From: Pristiophorus japonicus
Lineage: Eukaryota
Length of the DNA: 64,000 bases
Reading direction: 5' to 3'
Assembly (NCBI RefSeq): GCF_044704955.1
Contig: NW_027251299.1
Span: 744,001-808,000 of the forward strand
In this document: positions 1 through 11,049 of the stretch, piece by piece
How positions within the stretch are numbered: the first letter of the stretch is position 1
Layout: every line of letters begins with the position of its first letter
Notes under the pieces: model-generated
Database searches by the model: none
What the model saw: only the letters and a program-made list of their open reading frames with translations
What the model was told of the DNA's origin: nothing
Translations under genes and position numbers: made by a program

Positions 1-1850
1 CTCTCCCTCCCTCTCTCCCTGTCTCATTCTATCTCTGTCTCTCTCTCTCGCTTTCTGTCTCTCTGTCTGTCTCTCATTCTGTCTCTCTCTGTCTTTCTCC
101 CCCTCTCTCTCTCTCTCCATCTCTGTTCTTTCTCGCTCTATCTTTCCCTCTCTATCTCTCTGTCACTCTCTAGCTCGCGCTCTCCCTCTTTCTCCCTCTC
201 TCTCTATCTCTCTGTACTCCCTCTCTCTCTATCTCTCTGTATCTCTCTCGTGTATCGCTCTCTCTGTCTGTATTTCTTTCCCTCTTCATGTATCTCTATT
301 NNNNNNNNNNNNNNNNNNNNNNNNNNNNNNNNNNNNNNNNNNNNNNNNNNNNNNNNNNNNNNNNNNNNNNNNNNNNNNNNNNNNNNNNNNNNNNNNNNNN
401 NNNNNNNNNNNNNNNNNNNNNNNNNNNNNNNNNNNNNNNNNNNNNNNNNNNNNNNNTTCTGTCTATCTCTCTCTCTCTCTTTTTCTCTCTCTGACTCTCT
501 CTCTCTTTCTCTGTCTGTCTCGCTCGCTATCTCTCTCGGTGTCTGTCGGTCTCCCTTTCTCTCTCTGTACCTCTCTATCTCTCTATATATCTCTGTCTCG
601 CTCTATCTTTCTCAATCTGTCTTTATCTCTCTCTCTGTCACTCTCTCTCTCTCTGTCTCTGCCTCTGTCTCTCTCGCTCTCTGTCTCGCTCTGTCTCTGT
701 CGCCGTCTCTCTCTACCTCACTGTCTTTCTCTATCTTTCCCACTCTCTCTCTCCCTCTCTCTCTTTCCATCTCTGTTTCTCTCCATCTTTCCCTTGCTCT
801 CTGTCTCTCTCTCACTCTCGCTCTGTCTCTCTCTCTCTCTGTATCTCTCCGTGTCTTTATCTCTATCTTTCCNNNNNNNNNNNNNNNNNNNNNNNNNNNN
901 NNNNNNNNNNNNNNNNNNNNNNNNNNNNNNNNNNNNNNNNNNNNNNNNNNNNNNNNNNNNNNNNNNNNNNNNNNNNNNNNNNNNNNNNNNNNNNNNNNNN
1001 NNNNNNNNNNNNNNNNNNNNNNNNNNTCACTGAGTCTCTCTCTATCTCATTCCGTCTCTCCCTCTCTGTATGGGACAGTGTAGAGGGAGCTTTACTCTGT
1101 ATCTAACCCCCTGTACCTGCCCTGGGAGTGTTTGATGGGACAGTTTAGAGGGAGCTTTACTCTGTATCTAACCCCCTGTACCTGCCCTGGGAGTGTTTGA
1201 TGGGACAGTGTAGAGGGAGCTTTACTCTGTATCTAACCCCCTGTACCTGCCCTGGGAGTGTTTGATGGGACAGTGTAGAGAGCGAGAGTGAGAGAGGAAC
1301 AGAAAGAGAGAGAGACTGACAGAGAGACAGGGAGACTGAAAGAGAGAGCGAGAGAGAGGGACTCTGTATCTAGCCCCCTGTACCTGCCTGGGGAGGTTTG
1401 ATGGGACTGTGTGGAGGGAGATTAAATGCCCAACTCTCTCTGTCCCTCTCAGTTTCTCTCTATCAGTCTCTCTCTCTCTGTCTGTTCCTCTGTCTCTCTC
1501 GCTCTCTCTTTCAGGGTCACTGTCTCTCTCCCTCTTTGTATCTCTTTCCCTTTCTCTCTCTCGCTCTCTCTTTCAGTCTCCCTGTGTCTCTCACTCTCTG
1601 TCGCTTTCTCTCTCTCGCTCTCTGTCTGTCTCTCTGTCTCCCTCTCTCCGTCTTGCTCCCTCACTCTCTACCTCGCTCCCAATTTCTATCCATCTATCTC
1701 TCTTTCACTTTTTCCTCTGTCTCTGCTGCTGTCCATTTCCGATCTCTCTCTTTCTTTCCCTTTTCTCCCAACGCGCACTCTCTATCCCTAATTCTCTCAC
1801 TGCTTCTTCCTGTCCACCTCTCTTTTTCTCTCTCCCTGTCTCTCATTCCC
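1..1850. repeat. (CT)n-rich low-complexity region with N gaps (301-456, 873-1026)
   Basis: Degenerate CT dinucleotide sequence; S/L-rich ORFs here are artefacts. Confidence 0.95.
1068..1420 (+). repeat. 65-bp minisatellite (gggagtgtttgatgggacagtgtagagggagctttactctgtatctaaccccctgtacctgccct)
   Basis: Unit recurs at 1081, 1146 and 1211. Confidence 0.95.
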
Positions 1851-2879
1851 ATTCTGATGTGTCCTTGATTGAAAAGTACCCTGACATATTGCAGCCTGAC
1901 TGTTTAAACCCACAGCAAAAATCACATTTCTGGGACATTTATGATTTGCTAACCATCCAATTGTGGGTTGGAATGTGTGGGTTAAATCTCGTTTCTCCAT
2001 CTGAAAGCGTTGAGTGTTTCAGATTGAGCAGTATATGGGATCAAAGGCTGATTCTGACAATGCTGCATTGTGGAACGGTGTGATATCTTCGCAGGGCAGG
2101 ACATGGGGAACCAAGATTTGTTGGTTTGAATAAGGTGTAAATTCGATTGTGTCACCCCCTCACAGATACACAGGATTGAAGCTGTTTACCATCAATGCCC
2201 TGAAAGAATGAAATGGTTCAACAAGGTGTGGCTGACTTCAAACTCTTCAAACACATGAAGGACCCGGAGACTGGGACCAATACACAAAGCCCCGAGCCCA
2301 GGCAGGCAAACCAGGTTTGTTCACAGATCACCCATTTTGGTTTAGATTTCAAAAATATACTTTATTCCTCGAAAATGTTCACAATACATTGGAAAATAGT
2401 TCAGTACATTGCGTTCAGCAATTCCATACAATTCATTTGGATGCTGACAGCATTTCCATACAATACACGATCGTACATTTCATTTCAAGGTGGAGTTTAG
2501 TCTAATCTGTAAATGCCGTTCCATGTAGCACTGTGTAAATAAGGGTATTACATGGAGCAGGTAAGGACAGGTTTACATTACATTCCAGGATACATTTCAA
2601 TCCCCATCACCAATCACGTTACAGGTAGCACTGTGTCGATGGAAGCAGGACACGCAACGGATGAGAATACATTGAGATGTCTTTACAAGTTACTAAACAG
2701 TGCAGAAACTGACATTATACATGACACAACACAGGTGTGTTTCAGTACATGGGGCTCGATGTATACAAGCAGATTAACAAGTACAGGCCGAGGGGGGTCT
2801 GATTCCATCCCCTGGCGATGTGACATTCTGTCAAACGTGTTCGACATTCTGCTCAGGGAACAGTCTGTTAGATAATCTC

Positions 2880-3376
2880 ACTCTACACTGTCCCATCAAA
2901 CACTCCCAGGGCAGGTACAGGGGGTTAGATACAGAGTAAAGTTCCCTCCACACTGTCCCATCAAACACTCCCAGGTCAGGTACAGGGGGTTAGATACAGA
3001 GTAAAGCTCCCTCTACACTGTCCTATAAAACACTCCCAGGGCAGGTACAGGGGGTTAGATACGGAGTAAAGCTCCCTCTACACTCTCCCATCAAACACTC
3101 CCAGGGCAGGTACAGCATTGGGTTAGATACAGAGTAAAGCTCCCTCTACACTGTCCCATTAAACACTCCCAGGCCAGGTACAGGGGGTTAGATACAGAGT
3201 AAAGTCACTTTACACTGTCCCATCAAACACTCCCAGGTCAGGTACAAGGTGTTAGATACAGAGTAAAGCTCCCTTTACACTGTCCCATCAAACACTCCCA
3301 GGGCAGGTACAGGGGGTTAGATACAGAGTAAAGCTCCCTCTACACTGTCCCATCAAACACTCCCAGGGCAGGTACA
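2880..3376 (-). repeat. 65-bp minisatellite array, reverse orientation
   Basis: About 7-8 tandem copies of the reverse complement of the unit at 1068-1420. Confidence 0.95.
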
Positions 3377-3529
3377 CCTTTAAGCAGCTAACGTTAAATT
3401 AGAGAGTAGTCGGTCTCTGTTATCAATCTCCCAGTGTTAACATAAAATGGTGACCATTAACAAATGTAAAATGGATGACTGAAGATCGGTGTGTGCATTG
3501 TCACTGTGGTTCTGGGAGAGCTTCAGAAA

Positions 3530-5720
3530 GACAAAGAGAGAAAAAGGGAGAGATATACAGAGAAATAGACAGACATACAGATAGAGAGACAAAGAGGGAG
3601 AGACACAGAGACAGGGAGAGAGAGACAGAAAGGGAGAGTGAGAGAGCGAGATAGCGAGTGGGAGAGAGACAGAGAGTGAGACAGACATACAGACAGAGAG
3701 AGACAGNNNNNNNNNNNNNNNNNNNNNNNNNNNNNNNNNNNNNNNNNNNNNNNNNNNNNNNNNNNNNNNNNNNNNNNNNNNNNNNNNNNNNNNNNNNNNN
3801 NNNNNNNNNNNNNNNNNNNNNNNNNNNNNNNNNNNNNNNNNNNNNNNNNNNNNNNNNNNNNNNNNNNNNNNNNNNNNNNNNNNNNNNNNNNNNNNNNNNN
3901 NNNNNNNNNNNNNNNNNNNNNNNNNNNNNNNNNNNNNNNNNNNNNNNNNNNNNNNNNNNNNNNNNNNNNNNNNNNNNNNNNNNNNNNNNNNNNNNNNNNN
4001 NNNNNNNNNNNNNNNNNNNNNNNNNNNNNNNNNNNNNNNNNNNNNNNNNGACAGAGCGAGTGAACGAGACGGGGAGAGAGAGAGAGACAGAGTGAAATTG
4101 ACAGAGTGAGAGTGGCAGAGAGTGGCAGAGAGAGGGAGAGACAGTCAAAGAGAGAGAGGGATGGGGAAAGATATGGAGAAAGAGTGATAGAGTGAGATAC
4201 AGAGAGNNNNNNNNNNNNNNNNNNNNNNNNNNNNNNNNNNNNNNNNNNNNNNNNNNNNNNNNNNNNNNNNNNNNNNNNNNNNNNNNNNNNNNNNNNNNNN
4301 NNNNNNNNNNNNNNNNNNNNNNNNNNNNNNNNNNNNNNNTAGACAGGGAGAGAGAGAGTGGGACAGAGTCAGAGAAAGAGAGAGAGAGAGAGCGAGACAG
4401 AGAGTCAGACAGAGAGAGAGAGATATAGAAATAGTCAGAGAGTTCGAGAGAGACAGAGATAGTCAATGGATTGACAGACAGGGAGAGACAGAGAAAGAGA
4501 CATAGAGAGAGAGACACAGAGAGACATAGAGAGAGAGAGACAGAGGTAGAGACTGAGAGAGAGACACAGAGAGAGAGACACACAGAGAGAGAGAGGCAGA
4601 GAGACAGAGAGAGAGAGCGACACGGAGAACGAGACAGAAAGACAGAGCGAGTGAACGAGACAGAGAGAGAGAGACAGAGAGAGTGAGTGTGACAGGGAGA
4701 GAGTGGCAGAGAGTGTTAGAGAGAGGGAGAGACAGTCAAAGAGAGAGAGGGATAGAGAGAGATAGGGAGAAAGAGAGTGATACAGAGAAATACAGAGAGA
4801 GAGAGAGACAGAGAGAGAGATAATGTTAGTGAGAGAGAGATAAAGAGAGAGAGGGGCATAGAGGGAAGTACAGAGAGAGAGAAAGAGATGAAAAGAGACA
4901 GGAGAGAGACACAGAGAGACAGAGAGAGAAACTCAGAGACACAGAGAGAGAGAAAGNNNNNNNNNNNNNNNNNNNNNNNNNNNNNNNNNNNNNNNNNNNN
5001 NNNNNNNNNNNNNNNNNNNNNNNNNNNNNNNNNNNNNNNNNNNNNNNNNNNNNNNNNNNNNNNNNNNNNNNNNNNNNNNNNNNNNNNNNNNNNNNNNNNN
5101 NNNNNNNNNNNNNNNNNNNNNNNNNNNNNNNNNNNNNNNNNNNNNNNNNNNNNNNNNNNNNNNNNNNNNNNNNNNNNNNNNNNNNNNNNNNNNNNNNNNG
5201 CAGGCAGACANNNNNNNNNNNNNNNNNNNNNNNNNNNNNNNNNNNNNNNNNNNNNNNNNNNNNNNNNNNNNNNNNNNNNNNNNNNNNNNNNNNNNNNNNN
5301 NNNNNNNNNNNNNNNNNNNNNNNNNNNNNNNNNNNNNNNNNNNNNNTACAGAGAGAGAGAGACACAGAAATAAAGACAGAGAGAGAAACACAGAGTGACA
5401 GAGAAAGATAGTCAGAGAGAGACAGAGATTGATAGGGAGAGAGGGAAAGACAGAGATAAAGACAGGGAGAGATACAGAGAGAGAGAGACAGAGACAGAGG
5501 GAGAGGGAGACAGAGAGCAAAGGAAAGAGAGAACGAGAGAGAAACAAAGGCGGAGAGAGAGAGCGACAGGGAGAAAGACAGAGAAAGACAGAGAGAGAGA
5601 GAGAGCGAGAGACAGGCACAGAGAGAGAGAGGGAGAGCTAGAAACAGATCGAGAGAGATGGAGATATATCGAGAGGGAAAGAGATACAGACAAAGAGAGA
5701 GAGCCAGAGAGCGAGAGAGC
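3530..5720. repeat. (GA)n-rich low-complexity region with N gaps (3707-4049, 4207-4339, 4957-5199, 5211-5346)
   Basis: Degenerate GA repeats; E/R-rich ORFs are artefacts. Confidence 0.95.
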
Positions 5721-6422
5721 GAGACCTGGGAGTCATGGTGCATTTGTCATTGAAAGTTGGCAAGTGGTGCACAAGACAAATGGCATATTCGCCTTCATAT
5801 CTCGGGCATTTGAGTATTGGAGCAGGGAGGTATCACTGCAGTTGTACAGGACCTTGGTGAGGCATCACCTGGATTATTATGATCAGTTTTGGTGTCCTAA
5901 TCTGAGGAAGGACGATCTTGCTATTGAGAGAGTGCAGCGAAGGTTCACCAGACTGATTCCCGGGATGCCATGGCTGGCCAATGAGAAGAGATTGGATCCA
6001 CTGAGCCTGCATTCACTGGAGTTTAAATGAATGAGATGGAACCTCTTAGAAACATATACAATTCTGACGGGACTGGACAGTTTAGATGCAAAAAAGAATG
6101 TTTCCGATATTGGGGAAGTCCAAAACTACTGGTCACAGTCTAAGGATAATGCGTAAGCCATTTAGGACCGAGACGAGGAGAGACCTTTTCACTCAGAGAG
6201 TTGTTAACCTGTGGAATTCACTACCACAGAGAGTTGTTGATGCCAATTCGTTAAATATATTCAAAATATGGCCCTTACGGATGGATCAAGGGGTATGGAC
6301 ATAAAGCAGGAACGGGGTACTGAGGTGAATGACCAGCCATGATCTTATTGAATGGTGGTGCAGTCTCGGAAGCCTGGATGGCCTACTCCTGCACCTATGT
6401 TCCATGTTTCTATGTTTCTATA
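5720..6422 (+). mobile_element. CR1 LINE 3' fragment
   Basis: ORF2 C-terminal motifs (LYRTLVRHHLDY, VQRRFTRLIPG, VVNLWNSLP) and a (tttctatg)n tail. Confidence 0.9.
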
Positions 6423-6612
6423 TTTCGTGGGACTGCCTATGATGCTGATGGTGATTCAGCCGGACTGCAGACCCCTCATAGGGCGCCCGTTGTAGACAGT
6501 GTGTGAGTGAGAGTGTTATTATTCACGCGCATGACTGGTCACGCCGGGGAGAGCAGCTCGCCCACAATATCAGGACACAGGGAGTCTGATGCAGGAACGT
6601 TCCTGCGTCTTC

Positions 6613-7514
6613 TCATCGTTTAATTAATTTCAGAATCAGTGTGAAGGGATATTTCCCTACATTCTTCAACTGCTGTCTGAACTTAGTCTGGGTCACGGCA
6701 TAAATTGCCGTGTTTGTGCAGCAACTCAGCAGCTGCAGCATTATTCCAACGTCCATTACATAAAAAGGTATATATAAAGAATCATACCCCAAAAAGTACA
6801 TCTGGGTCCATATAGAATGCACCATAAACACCGCCCACAACAGGATGAAATTGCCGGAGATAACAAACAGTAAAATGATGGAATTCCTGCGGCTGGCCAT
6901 CTCAGGGTCACTGGGACACTCCCCACTGCTGGCACCCAGGAGTTGCCTGCGGGCTCTGCTGGCTAATATAATATGCCTGGCGGTGACAGTATTGAGCAGC
7001 AGAATCAGAGCAAATGGGACACATGGGGTGAGAATATAATGAAGGAATATGATTGTTGTCCAGACCGGTGAATTCAGAACATCATCTGTTATATAGCAAA
7101 ACCAGGGCATGTTTTCAAGTATATAGAAATGTGTCAACATAAAATACCAGAAAATGTTCTTCAACCCGCTCAGCAAAGTCACGGTTCCCAGAACCACAGC
7201 CGCCGTTCTCTCGGTGCAATATTTAGTTTTCAGCTTCTGGCAACAAATGGCCACAAAGCGATCAAAGGTGAAACTGACGGTGAACCAGACAGAACAATCT
7301 GTGGCTGCGTGAAGTAAGACGGCGTGAATATTACAGACGTGGAAGAACCGCACGAAATGGAACTCTTTCTGATAAAGAATCGGAATGTGTCTCAGTATCA
7401 GGTCGAGGATAATGACCAGGAGATCCGTCACTGCCATGGCCACCAGATAGCGAGTGACACATCTGGAGAGACCGCACTTTCCACGAGGCAGGATCACAAT
7501 CGTCAGGATGTTAA
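6613..7514 (-). CDS. GPR139/GPR142-like class A GPCR, terminal exon copy A (end of TM1 to TM7); intact but lacking its own exon 1
   Basis: Uninterrupted 7TM-like frame with AMAVTDLL (TM2), FTFDRFVAIC (DRY-like), WFC (ECL2) and CCTNTAIY (TM7); acceptor tttccctgcctgacag at 7515-7516; 902 nt, phase 1. Confidence 0.8.
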
Positions 7515-7689
7515 CTGTCAGGCAGGGAAATAAACAGGTAAATTAAACATTAATTTGGGAGCAAGGAATAGACTCCAAACTAAAATAATTAACAATCATT
7601 GATAAGTTAATCACCAACTAAATTCAGTCATCAGCATTAAATCAGACGACCCATCCCTCAGTCAATGAGCCGCCAAATGCTTATGTAAC

Positions 7690-8025
7690 ATCATCATCGT
7701 AGGCAGCCCCTCGAAAGCGAGAAAGACTTGCTTCCACGCGAAAAGTGAGTTATCAGGTGACTGAACTGTCCAACATGGTAATTACAGTCTCTGTCACAGG
7801 TGGAACAGAGAGTGGTTGAAGAAAAGGGTGGGTGGGGAGTCTGGTTTGCCGCACGCTCATTCCGCAGCCCTCGCTTGGTTTCTACATGTTCTCGGCGACG
7901 ACTCGAGGTGATCAGCGCCCTTCCGGATGCACTTTCTCCACTTCAGGTGGTCTTTGGCTAGGAACTACCATGTGTCGGTGGGGATGTTGAATTTTAATAT
8001 GAAGGCTTTGAGCGTGTCCTTGAAA
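7690..8025 (-). mobile_element. RTE-clade (BovB-like) LINE 3' fragment
   Basis: (cat)n tail and ggcag..cctcg..cgag.aagacttgcttcc terminus shared with other copies in the window. Confidence 0.8.
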
Positions 8026-8234
8026 CGAGCATTTAAAGTATTTGAACACAAATGGAAGAGATTAATTGTTGTAGCTTTTCACCTGTTGGTTTCCACTTGT
8101 GCAGAGAATATTAGACGAGAAAATATGAAAGTTTGTTCATATTCTAAGTACCTAAATTAAAATCAGCCGGGGTTGATTATCCTGAAATACAACTATTTTT
8201 GATTGAAACTATATATGAATTGCTCCCTCATTAT

Positions 8235-9570
8235 AGAAAGATAGAAACTATAGAAAATTGTTGCAGGAGTAGGCCATTCGGCCCTTCGAGCCTGCACCAC
8301 CATTCAATGAGTTCATGGCTGAACATGCAACTTCAATACACCATTCCTGCTATTTCGCCTTACCCCTTGATCCCCCTGGTAGTAAGTACTGTATCTAACT
8401 CCTTTTTGAATATATTTAGTGAATTGGCCTCAACATCTCTCTGTGGTAGAGAATTCCACAGGTTCACCACTCTCTGGGTGAAGAAGTTTCTCCTCATCTC
8501 AGTCCTAAATGGCTTACCCCTTACCTTAGACTGTGACCCCTGGTTCTGGACTTCCCCAACATTGGGAACATTCTTCCTGCATCTAACATGTCTAAACCCG
8601 TCAGAATGTTAAACATTTCTATGAGATCCCCTCTCATTCTTCTGACTCCATTGAATAAAAGCCCTGTTGATCCAGTCTTTCTTGATATGTCAGTCCCGCC
8701 ATCCCGGGAATCAGTCTGGTAATACTTCGCTGCACTCCCTCAATAGCAAGAACGTCCTTCCTCAAGTTAGGGGACAAAACTGTACACAATACTCCAGGTG
8801 TGGCCTCACCAAGGCCCTGTACAACTGTAGCAATACCTCCCTGCCACTGTACTCAAATCTCCTTGCTATGAAGGCCAACATGCCATTTGCTTTCTTAACC
8901 GCCTGCTGTACCTGCATGCAAACCTTCAATGACTGATGTACCATGACACCCAGGTCTCGTTGCACCTCCCCTTTTCGTAATCTGTCACCATTCATATAAT
9001 AGTCTGTCTCTCTGTTTTTACCACCAAAGTGGATAACCTAACATTTATCCACATTATACTTCATCTGCCATGCATTTGCCCGCTCAGCTAACCTATCCAA
9101 GTCACTCTGCAGCCTCATAGCATCCTCCTCGCAGCTCACACTGCCACCCAACTTAGTGTCATCTGCAAATTTGGAGTTACTACATTTAATCCTCTCGTCG
9201 AAATCATTAATATACAGTGTAAACAGCTGGGACGACAGCATATATCCACGAGTCACTGCCTGCCATTCTGAAAAGTAGCCATTTACTCCTAATCTTTGCT
9301 TCCTGTCTGACAACCAGTTCTCAATCCATGTCAGCACACGACCCCAAATCCCATGTGCTTTAACTTTGCACATTAATCCCTTGTGTGGGACCTTGTCGAA
9401 AGCCTTCTGAAAGTCCAAATATACCACATCAACTGGTTCTCCCTTGTCCACTCTACTGGAAGCAACCTCAAAAAATTCCAAAAGATTTGTCAAGCATCAT
9501 TTCCCTTTCACAAATCCATGCTGACTTGGACCTATCATGTCACCTCATTCCAAATGCACTGCGATGACAT
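8235..9570 (-). mobile_element. CR1 LINE, 5'-truncated RT region
   Basis: VVYLDFQKAFDKV, KFADDTKL and LYRALVRPHLEYC motifs with frameshifts. Confidence 0.92.
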
Positions 9571-9574
9571 ATAT

Positions 9575-9915
9575 GTGCAATAAAACCGATAACTGTAATC
9601 AAATTACACTTTGACCATTGAAGAATCAAATTAAATATGTTTGCCGGTGTTATTGATGCACTTCAGTCCCTCCGGCAGCCACCTCTCGTGGAAGGCCGCG
9701 AACGTTCCGGTGGACACCGCGTGCTCCATCTCCTGGCTTGAACGTTTCCGTGGAAGAGAGGGAGGCAGCCGGGCTGAACGATCCTCTCGACCGTCCGCTG
9801 CCTGGACCAGCTGATGGTCCGCTTGGCCATGTCCCGGAGCAGTCCGACGATGAGGATTCTGACCTCCCGCTCCCCCTCCGCACGAGGGGCCCAAAGATCA
9901 GAAGTGCACAGCCGG
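9575..9915 (-). mobile_element. Tx1-clade LINE 3' fragment, decayed
   Basis: EMEHAVSTGTFAAFHERW matches the ORF end at 42224-42940. Confidence 0.8.
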
Positions 9916-11049
9916 AGGCAACAGATTTTTCCACTGTGTTTCTCGCTGAGAGACGCACTGAACTGTGACAGATCGGCATGGGACCAAATTGCAAATTCAA
10001 ATTAAAGATTGGAAATAAATGAAAGAAATCTGTCTGAACGAACATTTTGTTTGTGAATGTTAATGATGCTTGTGATCCTGTTCCACCCATCAGAAGCACT
10101 GCCATTAATGCAGAACTTGAGATGGTGACAAAGGAGACACTGACTGGAACTAAATGATCAGAGGATATTTACCCGGCTATAACATAGCGTGGACAGAACA
10201 GAGCGAACAGAGTTTCGCTTCCTCTATTCAACTCCAAGTGAGAACAAAAGAGGAGAAATTGGCTGATAAAAGGAAGGAATAAAATAATAAAAAATGGACG
10301 GCCTCTTATATGATTTCTTAATTATTGCATCACAGAAAATAACGGTAAAACTTTCACAATAAATAAATATTCATGAACTTCAGGATCTCTGAGATGATTC
10401 CAGTGATGCGATGAAGGGACTTCCCAGAAAGGGCTCCCATCTCGCTTCAGGAGTTCACACCAACATCTCCCTAGAGTACACTGCTCCCTCCCTCAGTCCA
10501 GATATTTAATGACCAGGTTCGCCTACATTACACTACACCCACCTCTGTCGAGAAATTTCATTCGCAGGTTCGCCTAACTTTCAGTGCTCTCACGTCGGTC
10601 CAGGGATTTCATTCCGAGAGGCAAATATTTTCTCTGCTCATACCTCTGTGATTGGACCTGAGTCTTTGGAATGAACATATGATCTTGGCCGCAACTCCAC
10701 TTCCGTGCCCACTCCACATAACCCTGAACTCCCTTCTCGTTTAAAAATCAGTTTATCTCCATTTAATAAGATTCATAGAAGCTGCCTCCACAGCTCTCTG
10801 TCGAAGAGAATTCGAAAGATTCACGCCCCCCTGAGAGAATAAATTGCTTCTCATTTGTGATTTAAATGGGCGATCCCTTATTCTGAACCTATGTCCCCTG
10901 GTACGCATCGCTGCAAGGGTGCAGCCTTTTCACTTTATGATGCCGAGCATCCTCGGGGAGGGGGATGTTTTTATGTCAATGTGAGTTGGTTTATGTGCAG
11001 TTAATAACAGTGAGTTTCCCCAGGGATTGACTTCCTGTTATTTTCCCAG

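Larger units (their letters stand above)
5720..10902. other. Segmental duplication copy A (about 5.2 kb), paralogous to 24767-29948
   Basis: Near-identical sequence at an offset of about 19,045 from cgagacctgggagtcatggtg to atgtcccctggt; a few percent divergence by eye. Confidence 0.95.

Noticed and set aside
1860-3520. Possible minus-strand exons after acceptor-like sites near 2866 and 3521
   Set aside because: Short frames with no recognisable domain; cannot be supported without transcripts
250-5743. Long S/L-rich and E/R-rich ORFs
   Set aside because: Translations of CT/GA repeats that run through N gaps
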